Assembly: GCA_964199315.1 (NCBI GenBank)
Contig: OZ116712.1
Coordinates: 18,042,001-18,106,000 of the forward strand
Direction of reading: 5' to 3'
Source of the DNA: Orbicella franksi
Lineage: Eukaryota
Length of the DNA stretch: 64,000 nucleotides
Position 1 is the first letter of the stretch. Each line of letters starts with the position of its first letter. Positions 12,501 through 24,500 of the stretch are shown piece after piece. The notes under the pieces are model-generated. The model did not search any database. It saw nothing but the letters and a program-made list of their open reading frames with translations, and was not told the origin of the DNA. A program made the translations under genes and the position numbers.

Positions 12501-15500
12501 ATGCTTCGATCTGCCAGCTCTTTTTCGCGTTTGCTTAACAGCAGCAAAAAGGTAAAGGTAAACTGTAGCTGGGTGCGTGTGTTTTTCTAGGAGAAAGTCT
12601 TCGCTATAGATATTTTTAAGTGCTATTTCATCAATTTGTACATTTCGAAATTTCTCTGGCGTTACGTTGGTCAGGTTACTAATGTTATCAAGCTTATTTT
12701 AATGCGTTCTGTATACCCATGTATATATTAGTGTACAGTACGTTTTTAAAATTGGCCTTACCTCACTTAAATACAGTAACAAAGGGATCTCAACAGTTGG
12801 AGTGAAGTAGAAATATCTTATTTGTATGACACATGACACCAGACTAGACGTGTTAATAATATTGAGCTTATTGACTGTGCGTGCCAGACAGGAAAATATT
12901 TGGCTATGGTCCTCAATGCTCTCGGTCCATATGTCCATGTGAGTCCTGACCTTGAGCCAAATATTTTCCTATCTGACCCAACCTTATAGTCAACAATTAT
13001 TTTATACGACCTTTGGTTTGTAGCGAGGGCCTCCTGGAGGTAGCCTGTGTGCATCTGTCCTCTTCTCTTAAAAAGTTGGGAAGAATGTAGCTTTACGCTG
13101 GTTTCCTGGGTGGGTATCCATGACAACACTGTGGGAAGCAACCACTAGGCACCACCACACTGAAATATATCAGTGGAAGTAAAATACTTACCCTGTACTT
13201 ACCTGAAGGAGGGAAGGGCTGAAATGGCCTGACAAGAGCTGTAAATTCACAGGCCGCCCTGCACAACCCCACAGACAATCCAGCATAGAGGAGGGTAACT
13301 GCTGGCCACTACAGTTGTCTCAAGTTTAACTTAGCCTAAATTATATTTAGCCACATTACATTATCCATATCATCTGGAGCCCTAAAAAATTAACCCGCGC
13401 AAAAAAGTGGTAGGACTACAGCGCTACCAACCCTTCCCCCTCTGTAATACCCGTGTAGTGTTCCATATGGGGTAGTTACATGTCAGGATGGTCTTGTTTT
13501 GAATGAGTCAATATTGTCAAGTCATGTTAGCTGATAGAATCTAGCGCGATTGTTCAGTTTAATTCTTGTTTTCATTATCACATAGACGGCTCCATTGGCA
13601 GCAGCATGGAAGAGATTTTATGGTGATGGTGTAAGTGTTGAAAACACTGAGCCTTTATATATGAATTTTTTAGGATCAACAATGCTTCTTTAACAAACAA
13701 ACATTTTGTATTCATTTGCCATTTACATAATAGTTTTATGGAGAAATTTAAAACATTTTAAGAAAGGATACCTCACCAATATACGAGATGGAATCATAGT
13801 GAAATAGGCCCCTTGCATGATCCGGTCAAATGGTACAAAATCACACATGCTAGGATGCAAGTTGCACAGTGGGACTTCCAAAACAAAAGCAGGTCAAGAT
13901 GGACTGGTACGAGTTGCTTTGTTTTGGAAGTCCCACCGCGCAACTTGCATTCCAGCATGTGTGATTTTGTACCATGTGACCAGATCGTGCAAAGGGTCTC
14001 AGTTGTCAAGTTCCCTACTTAGTTCTATTACTCATTAAGTCAATGTTGCCTTTGCCTTTTTTTCTGAAAGTCAAACACAAAGCTGTTTATCAATGGCCAG
14101 TTTGTTGAGTCCTCGACCGACAAGTGGATTGACATTCACAATCCAGTAAGTGCACATAATTTTCTTAGTTATTCTTTTGACTGGTTCTTTCTGTTAATCA
14201 CACAAGGCTTGGTTTTTAACTCTCAAAATTAGGGTAAAATTATTGTTGGACTGAGTGAAGGAAAATGCTTTTTGGTTTGAAGAATCGGGAGGTTCCAAAA
14301 ATTGCATATTTGAAAAATTGATATAATTCCACTGTGTATTGCTGGAACACTTCTCTTCCATTACAAGAAGCTGACTTTAATTTTGTTCTCAAGGCATGTT
14401 GTTACAGAGATGTATTACATGATGTTCAAAATGATATAGTTTAATACATTTTTCTTAGGCCACTAATGAAGTCATCTCTAGGGCCCCTGAGACCACCAAT
14501 GCTGAGATGGAATCAGCTGTTGCTGCAGCAAAAGCAGCCTTTCCTGGTTGGGCTGATCAGTCCATTCTGTCTCGGCAACAAATCATGTTTAACCTTCAGC
14601 ACCTTGTCAAAAAATATATGGTATGAAGTCAGTTAGTTTCTTTATTGTTGATGTCTTAGAGTTCACACATTGCCCAGGAGAACGGCTTCCTTCCTTAGAC
14701 AAGTACCGTAAATCCTCGAATTAGCTCCTCCCCTTTAATAAGCGACCCCTTCGAATAAGCACCCCTCCTATTGGCCGAAATTTGAGATAAGTTCCTCCTC
14801 TGGAATAAGCCCCCCCCCCCCCCCCCGCCTCCCTGGCCTCCCCATGTTTTATGGAATATTACTGAGAAAAGAAACAATAACAGTTTTCATCGTGTTCAAT
14901 CACAAGCAAGTGATTATCGACTCATTCAAGCACTGCACATCGACCATTGCAATGGATGGGAGTGAAAATCTGCTGATTCATTGCCTAATGCCCAACTGAA
15001 TCTTGTGCAGCAGGCCAACCAAGACTGTCTAAAGGGGTTATATTATGTAATTCTTCAAGAGAGACAGGATCCTTCTGACACTTCTGAGGGACTGACACAC
15101 ATATAAAATTACAAAAAACAAGATTTGGGAAAAGTTAAAAGAGCATCCGGTCGATTAAGTACCTCCCTCAAATAAGCACCCCTGTCTTCTCCTAAATTTG
15201 AAATAAGCACCTTGGGTGCTATTTCGAGGATTTCAGGTATTAGGGAAGTTTCAATAGCAGTAGAAAGTATGGATTTGGTGTATAGCCAGGACAAAAAATT
15301 CTGGCCATTGTGAAAGTGAAGTGGTTACCACAGAGAGGTTATCATTAGTAGAGGTTTATCTGCATTTAATCACGTGTTTATTACATAAATTTAAAACCAA
15401 ACAAATCAGGATTTCAATCTTGAATCTTGTCGTTTTTTTAACAGAAAGAAATTGCTGATATAATCACCATGGATACTGGCAAGACAACAGCCGATGCTAT

Positions 15501-18500
15501 GGGCAGTGTTCAAAGAGGACTACGTATGTTTTTTTTGTTTCTAAATGGAGACAATCAGTTGGTTTATCACCTGTCAACCTGTTACTCATAAGGATATACC
15601 TGCCAACTTTTTTTGAGTTATAGGCGTGAGATTTTTATCCTGGGAGTGCTGGGTTTTTTGAAGACGACACAAACATATCCGAATATTCCCAAAGACATCC
15701 GAAAACTTCTGAACATGTCTGAAGTCTTCCGAAATTTGCATGCAATAGGAGAAGCAGAAACAGCCCTGATATTTCCCAGTCCCAGGCTCAGGATGTGTAT
15801 TGCTAAACACAACCTCACTTCCAGTACTTTCTATTTGAAGAAGGAAGTATCGTCATTTACACAATCATAGTTTTCATTTCTTGCATTGGCTTGAGTTTAC
15901 ATATTTTTGGAAATTGTGTCAAGCAAAGCTGCAACCACTCACATTTTTCAATCAGGCATGAGAATTTGGCCTGTAAGCATGAGCCAGTGTAAGATTGAAG
16001 TTTTTAATCTGCGGGCATGAGACGGGCATGAGTTGGCAGGTATATACTTCAATGTTATCAGCTGGCTTAAATATTCATAGTTTAAATATTAATCTCTTAC
16101 TAACTGAACATGAGGGCCATACTGGGGAATTGATTGGCCTGAACCCATGGAGCTGGCTAGTATGGACCAAGCCCTGCAAGGTACATACAAAAACCACTGA
16201 GGGCCAATATTCCCCAGTCCTGCTTGAGCCAGCTAGGTTTACTTAGTAAGTAGTTTATTATATATATGGCCCTCAGGCCATACTTGCTGGCTTTCAAAAA
16301 CAAAAAAATACATGGCTTATGATAAGAAAAAGTCCATATGGCAAAATCCCAACCAGGAAAGAACTAATCAAAAAATAATTATTATGCTCAGATTTACCTC
16401 AAGACTACCTTGCCATATTATAATAAAACATGGTTTTGACTGATAATGTTTGATATTTTTTTGCTTTCAGAGGTTGTTGAACATGCCTGCTCAATCACCT
16501 CTCTACAGATGGGTGAAACAGTGTCACAAATCACTAAGGACATGGATACTTATTCATACAGGGTTCCATTGGGCGTCTGCGCAGGAATCACACCGTATGT
16601 TGATTATTATGATGTGGCTCAACTTGTCTAATCTGAGCACAACATTTTCATGGTTGGCAAAGACCTTGAAAAGTTTGGATCATGTGTACTAAAGGCATCC
16701 ATGGTCAAGTGTCGATCAATACCTTCGATCGACCCTTGATTGATACTCAGTCAACACTCCATCGACACCTAGATCGACACTCCATCAATATCTCGGTCGA
16801 CAGTCGACTAATTTTTATTAGATTCACATGAGTCGGTCGACACTTGGCCGACTATTGACTGACTGTTGATCAAGTGTCGATAGAGTGTTGACCGAGTGTA
16901 GATCAGGATGTTGATCTAATATTGATCAAGATGTCAATCCCAGGGTATCGATCGAGATTGTGGATCGACACTCGACCACACATGCGTGAAGTACACATGA
17001 TCCAAGAGTTCTTACAAATGGAAAGGGTGATAGTAATGTCCCCAGTAATTTCTTATCTCAAGACCCCCTTGGTTTATCTCTGCAATTCTCCTAACTGCTC
17101 AATCTGTAAAAAATTTATAAATATTTGTAAGGAGATTTTAAAGGTTGACATTGTGGACTATTGTTTGTTCCCAGGTTCAATTTTCCAGCAATGGTGCCAT
17201 TATGGGTTAGTTCAAATAATAATGATATACAGTGAAACCTATATTAAACGGACACCTTTGGGACCCTCACTAGTGTCCACTTAAAACAGGGTGTCCGCTC
17301 TAAACAGGTTCAGCAATAATAGTTAATTGTTAACCCTTTTGTAACACAGTGTAAGATCAAAGACTGCTCATAACACAATGTCCAGACAGACAATGCACAA
17401 ATCTGGAATAATCTACTTAGCTTTAAAACTAGTGACATTCGGTGAACAATGTTAAAAGAGTCTGAGCTGAGCTTCAAGAAGTAAAAAGCCCTTAAGTGTC
17501 CGCTTATTGCAGATTTTGAGCAACAAAATGGCTTAATATTGGTTTCTGCGTCGGCTTAATAGAGGTGTCTGCTGAATGCAGGTTTATTTTACAGCAAATG
17601 TGGGAAGAAAATGTAGGGACTCAAGCTGGTGTCCACTCAGTAGATTGTGTCCGTTTAATAAGGGGTCTACATTATTCAGGTTGCCTGGCCTGTAATAATA
17701 AATTAGCTACTAGGCTCAATCATAAAATCCACGTCCTTTTTCATCACAACAGTTTTTAAGTGACATGCAATTGTAGTGTCTATAGTTGTTTGTTTTTTCA
17801 TGACCTGATATCTGCAGTTGTCCTTTGTACAAAACAATGTTTAGTGTGGTTAGTCTAAGCTTCAATGAGTCACATCTATCCTTTAAATGTTAATAGCTGT
17901 TTATGAGGATTAATTCTGTTGGTAAGCAAACATCACCAGTTGTGGACACTTGTTCTGCTTCCTGCAAGTGCCCTCTATACTATTATAGTACCTAAGCTAA
18001 TGCTTTTTGGCAACCATCTGACTATATACAAACTCTAAAAGAAAACCTGTTCACGGTAATAACACGTGGTAAATGTCACTGCAGATGTTTCCTATGGCAC
18101 TGGTTTGCGGCAACACAATGGTCATGAAACCATCTGAAAGGAACCCTGGTGCCACCATGTTCATCATGAAACTGGCACAAGAAGCTGGCATTCCTGATGG
18201 CTGCATAAATGTTATACATGGATCTGTTGAACGTAATAATATTTTTTATGTTTCTATCAATAAAGAACATTTTGTTCCCTTTTAAAGTTTCATGGTCTTG
18301 AGACCTAAAATTCCAAATTAAAGTTCTTTTGAATATCTTTATGGCCTCAAATTTGCACCAAAACAGAATGTCTGTAAATTCCTGGCTGGTAACGTAATGG
18401 TGACACACTGGTTGTTTTGATGCTTGGAAAGTTGAAAAGGATACACTTAACAGTGTATGAGGGACATGTGACACAACATACATGTTTGATGCAAACCTGC

Positions 18501-21500
18501 CACCCAACATGTACCCACACACACTAATAAAATAATTTTTTGTGTGTGACATCTGAGGAGCAGACAGAACTACGTTCAGTAGTTTGGTGGGAATGCAATC
18601 ATAATACTGAACAGCTTTTATTTTTTTAATTTGTAGCTGTCAGATTCATCTGTGAGCATCCTGACATCCGTGCCATTTCATTTGTTGGTTCAGACACAGC
18701 TGTAAGTGTGTAATTTGAGATTTCCACTTATTCTTGTCTGAATTAAAAACAACAGACATTTATAAAGGAATTTCTTTTACTTTTCAGGGAAAATATATCT
18801 ATGAAACAGGTTCCAAGCATGGAAAAAGAGTGCAGTCTAACATGGTAAGTTTTCCAAAAATTCATTGTGTTGTTTCAGAAAATATCCCACCTCCCCCACA
18901 GAAGGGATTTTTCTCTAAGACACCCTGCCCCCACTTCTGGAAATTTCAATTAAGCTTCATACATTTCTTTCTCCACTCTTAAAGAACCCTCCATCCCCCC
19001 AGGGACCCTTCTGTTGGGGGAATACTTAATTTTTCTCTAATTTGTATGAACTGAAAGGCAAAACTAACGGTCATTGAATGTTGTATTTGCATTCATCATG
19101 TGCCCACAACTTCCTTTGTCACTATATTATTTCACTTTCTATGTCTATATCAGAATATGAGACTCTTTGAACCATGCTTTCAGATAGTAGAAATTGTGTT
19201 CCATTGTTGTTGACCAAAGTACTCTTTCAGCTTCAGCATTGTTGGGAAGAAATTTACTAGCTTAAAAGAAACTTTGTGTGATCATTATTGATCAAATCAA
19301 CAACAAAGTGATGTGTTATTTGCAAAATTCTTGCTGAATCCCAATTAAACAGTGACGTAAGACAGCAGATGATGTGTAACCTCTTTTCTTGTCGCCTTTT
19401 GTTAAATAGCCTCTTCTACATACCGGTAATTTATGTATCAGTAGTGATAAATATATTCCACTTGCAGTTTTTAAGAGTAAAGCCGGCAACCAAATGTTGG
19501 AAATATTTCTATGATAGGAAACCAAATTCTTCCAACTGGCACTGCAAGGAATGTATAGACAGTAGTTTGGAGAATTTTTTAGTTGATGTCAAGAATATCT
19601 CTTTTATCTTCTTCTTCCTAAAGGGAGCAAAGAACCATGGCGTTATCATGCCTGATGCTAACAAGGAAAACACAATAAACCAGGTTTGTGGTCATATTTA
19701 AAAAAAGAACACATTCCTTTTTTCTAGTAAGTTAGAACTGCAGTCAAGTTCATATTTTGGAAAACAAGAAATGCTGTGGGAACATTGACTAAAGGTTACT
19801 CTGCAAGCTGTTGGTTTCTCCTACGCAGCTAACTGCTCACAGGGCAGCCATAGGCGAGTATTTCCAGAGCTTTTTTGAGTTTTTTTAAGCTGTTTCAAAT
19901 TCTTTGTATGTTTATTAATTTATTGAGGGGTCTATATTGCCATGGGTGAATGTGAAAATACAATTATTTGTTCCTTATGTTTTAGCTCGTTGGAGCAGCA
20001 TTTGGTGCCGCTGGTCAAAGGTGTATGGCTCTTACCACAGCGATATTTGTCGGAGAAAGCCAAGAATGGATTCCAGATCTTGTAGCCAAGGCTAAAGAAC
20101 TCCAAGTTAATGAAGGTGTGTTTTAAATACAGTCGAACCTCTCCACAACGGCCACCTTCGGGACAGAGGAAAGTGGCCGTTATAGGGAGGTAGGAGTGTA
20201 ATGTGACACCTGTTTTTTCGGGGAAGCAACATTTGTTTTCTTAAAAATACTTATTTTAACATAAACTGAACGCAACACAATCAAAATATATCAATAAAAC
20301 AGAACTTAACAGAAACAGAGGCCAACGAAGCGTGGTGGTGACCTCCAATAAAAAATGGGTGGCTGTATACACCGTTCGTCTATCAGTTGTTAACAGGTCT
20401 TAACTGGCTCTTGTGGAGAGGTATTTTGGCAGTCGGGATGTGCTTTATCGGCCGTTACCGTTGTGGAGAGGTGGCCGGTGTAGAGAGGTTAAGCCCCGGC
20501 CAAACGATCGCAACATTGTTGGTCGCAGCATGTTGCGCGTAGCCTGCGAGCAGGCTCACGTTGGAGCACAATCGCGCGCGGCGTAGCCGTGAGCGCGAAA
20601 TCGAGCAGCGATGCCACCAGACTCCTTCCCGCCGGATCGCTTTGCCCTTCGCCGCTCGCGCGCGACTCAAAGGTGAGCCTACTCGTAGGTTATGTTGCGC
20701 GCGTTTCGCCAGCCTTTTGCGACGTGTTGCGACATGTTGCAAAATGTTGGGTATCGTTGGCTCAAAGTTGAAAATGGTCAAATTTTTCATGCAACATTTG
20801 TGGATGTTGCATGATGTTGTAGTCGTTTGGCCAGGTTCGTGCAACAATGTTGCGCGCGGGTATGCGCACTAGTTCGATTTTCAATACCCAACATGTCGCA
20901 ACAGGGTGGCCAAACGCAAGCAACATGTTGCCCCCAACAATGTTGCGATATGTTGCGTTCAAATGTTGCGATCGTTTAGCCGGAGCTTGCAAGTACTGGG
21001 CCAACAATGTTGGGATATGTTGTGCTGATCGTTTGACCAGAGCTTCACAACTTATACTCAAAGTTTTGACAATTTCTTACCTGGAGATTTTTATACCATT
21101 TCCCTTCAATTCGAAAGTTCTGTTATTTTGGATTGAATGTACAGTTCCCACGATCTTAACTGAATGAAGAGAAATTTGTGGAAATTTGCGCTTGCGCTTG
21201 TGCTTATACCTGCGTCAAGGCCGTTTTCACGTTGAAATAAGAAATATTGTGCTTGCCCTTGTACTTGCGTCCCTAGTGAAAACCAGGCTCAAGACGGATT
21301 GTCAGTCTTTTTTTCCCTCCACTTTCTTATCTTCCTTTTCTTGCTCTTTTCCCTCTATTTTTCTGTTTTCATCGCTTGGAGTGATTTTAAGGCCTTGAGG
21401 AGTCGTGAAATCAAAGTGCATATGGGTGATTTGGTTCAAAGTATTGACATGGTTTTCATAAATCCAGTCATATATATAGTTATTACAAACTGAACATTTC

Positions 21501-24500
21501 TTTGATTAATGAGAATGTAACTCTAAACCTCAGTGCAAGTAAAAAATTGTTTTCATTTCATTTCTGTAGGTCACCAGCCTGGTGCAGACCTTGGACCTGT
21601 CATTTCTCCGGCATCAAAAGAACGTATCTGTAATTTGGTGCAGTCTGGTGCTGAACAGGGAGCTAAGGTAACCTGAATGGGCGGAATTTTCCGAGTGAAA
21701 TTCCGACAGCAGTCGGTATGTTCTCGCCAGCCTATCGGAAATAAACGAAGCCGAGAGAACTCGACAGAGACACGGTTTAATGTTTCTTCTTGGGATACCA
21801 CAATGATATATAAGTAACTTGTACTTAATTGTATGGTTCTGATAGAACTGTCCGCTTTTCCAATTTCAGCCTTGCTTGGACCACCTATTTAAACGATTAA
21901 AGCAACCATAAAAAATTTTCACGGGTAAAATTTTGTAAATTTGATGCTAGTTTTAAATATCCGAGTCACGCCATAACTTTTGAACATTTGGAAGAGAGCA
22001 GCTAAAAGGCCTGCAACACTGAATACAAATTTCTAATCGAAAAAATTCTGTTTCCCTTCTCTAGATTGAGTTGGATGGCCGTGACGTGAAAGTAAAGGGT
22101 TTTGAGAAAGGAAACTTTATTGCACCAACCATCGTGTCTAATGTCACAGTAAGTAAACGTGACCAGCCAGTTTCTGAGTGTACTCAGCTGAGCTCTTTGA
22201 TTGGTTACAAAATATCGTGCAACCAACGTGTTTTAGCCAATAGGAGCAAAGGTGCTGGGGTTTTTTTTCAGCAGTCACAGGCACACCAACCATGATGTGG
22301 CTGGCGCGCGTTTTCCCGCGCTTTGCAACTTTTGCGTGCTATGACTTCGAGTTCTGATTGGCTCATTGAGTTATTTACATTCCTTGTGATTGGTCAGATG
22401 CGATTACTCTGATTTTAGTTTCACTTCAGTCATTGCAAAAGGTTTTTAGCACGGTTTCCATGAAGCAATATGCATCCTTGTTTTCATAAGCAACACCTTC
22501 TCTCTTGTTTATCAAGAATAGGCGCCTGTGTGCTTTGATCAAGTGGACTTCTCGCTGCTGAAAATAAACACCTACACCGCTAACAATCCTAGAATTTCTT
22601 CTATAAGGATGTAAAGCTCAAAATATTATTGAGTTATTAACTGTTTTTTGCTTTCCTATTTTAGCCGGAAATGACGTGTTATAAAGAGGAGATCTTTGGA
22701 CCTGTTTTGATCACTATGAATGTGGACACACTGGATGAGGTACCCTGAACGATCAACAAGTATTTTTCCCTCGTAATATCAAAACATTTTAAGGCATACA
22801 GGTGACGAGAATAAAGTGGGTGAGATTTTTTGGATGCAATACCGAAATATCTCACAGTCTTACTAACATTGAAAGAAGTTTACCATAAAGTTATTCGTTC
22901 GTGCGTCGGTTCGTTCGTTCGTTAGTTCTTTCGTTCGTCTGTCAGTTTTTTTGTTCGTAACACCAGTTGGACGGAACTTCATTCCAGCTCTCCTTGAGGC
23001 GTAACAGTAACTTGCTAAAGTAACTAAATTAACCTTTACCTAACTGAGTTTTGTTTTTCTTGAATTCAAGGCCATTGACATAGTGAACAAAAACCCCTAT
23101 GGTAATGGTACCGCCATCTTCACGAACTCTGGAGCGATCGCACGAAAATACCAACACAAAGTCGATGTTGGACAGGTGTGTTTAAATCTTCATTGCGTGT
23201 TGTTTTGTTTCATACAAGAGAAGACAAAGGGCGAAAGAGTTAATCCCCACATAGGCCTTATGTGGAGGCGCGGTGGGATCATGGTTAGTGCGCTCGTTTC
23301 CGGATCGAGCGGTGCGGGTTCGAGCCCTGCCCGGGGACATTGTGTTGTGTTCTTGGGCAAGACACTTTACTCTCACAGTGCCTCTCTCCACCCAGGTGAA
23401 TAAATGGCTACCAGCGAATTTAATGCTGGGGGTAACCCTGCGATGGACTAGCATCCTATCCAGGGGGGAGTAGAAATATTCCCAGGCGGTTCATGTTACG
23501 GAAACTGGGATAAGCTCCGGCCTGGTGGGCCACTTGGCTCGTGTGCAGACTTCTTTCAGGGTTTGAGCCCTGGCCAGGGACATTGTGTCGTGTTCTTGGG
23601 CAAGACACACTAACTCTCACAGTGCCTCTCTCCACCCAGGTGTATAGATGGGTACCGGCGAATTTAATGCCGCGGGTAGCCCTGCGATGGGTTAGCATCC
23701 CATCCAGGGGGGAGGAGAAATAACCAGACATATTACGTGAATGTATTTGTGCAGGAAGAAAATGCGAACATACATGTGAACAGCAGATGAGCGATGATGA
23801 AGGATATCTTGGGTTAATTTTATGTATTTGTAATTTTCCTATTATAGTTTTTCTCACTATGTTAGGAGTAAGATGTTAAATAACCTCTTCCTAACCTCTT
23901 CCTCTCCGCGCTTTTCTTATTTTTTTTTCGCGCTGCGCCCCAACTAACTAAACGCCTGGAAGAGGCTGGTTGTTAAAGATTAAAGAAGTCAATTTAATCG
24001 CGCAAAGACAAACTTTGATTTGCAGCATTCAATTTGTGCCGTAGGGTTATCGTGAGCTTCTAGTATGCAACAAAGTTGTAACAAATATATCGTCCCTGAA
24101 ATGGTACAGAGAGAGGATTAAATCTAGTTATATGGCAAGTGAGAAGAGAATTTGTGCGGGTTATTTACGTTAAAATTTTTTGCTCAGATTGGCGTCAACG
24201 TTCCCATCCCTGTTCCACTGCCCATGTTTTCGTTCACCGGATCGCGTGGATCTTTCTTAGGAGATTCGCACTTTTACGGGAAACAGGTAATGCCCAATAG
24301 ATTAAATTTCACTCGATGTACTTTTTATCCTATTTTCATTTCTTAGGCTGTGTTCACACTTGGTGCCCAGAACGGTGCTAGAGTATGATTCTTGTTGGGC
24401 ATGTGTGAACACAACTTTTTTCCAAGTACTCACACCAGAATTCAGGCACAATGCTCGAGCCTGGGTGCAGGGTCTCGACCGTGTTCTCGGGCATCAAATG

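Noticed and set aside
15445-15523. ALDH6A1 segment [14 protein letters not shown] differs from the usual LEQGKTLADAEGDV
   Set aside because: D-x-G-K occurs in other ALDH families and the catalytic motifs are intact; no evidence of altered function.
20455-21167. Cluster of overlapping 60-130-aa ORFs
   Set aside because: They arise from nested palindromic MITEs in an ALDH6A1 intron.
23083-23857. ORFs of 60-133 aa over the SINE dimer
   Set aside because: SINE-derived incidental ORFs; only 23071-23175 is an ALDH6A1 exon.
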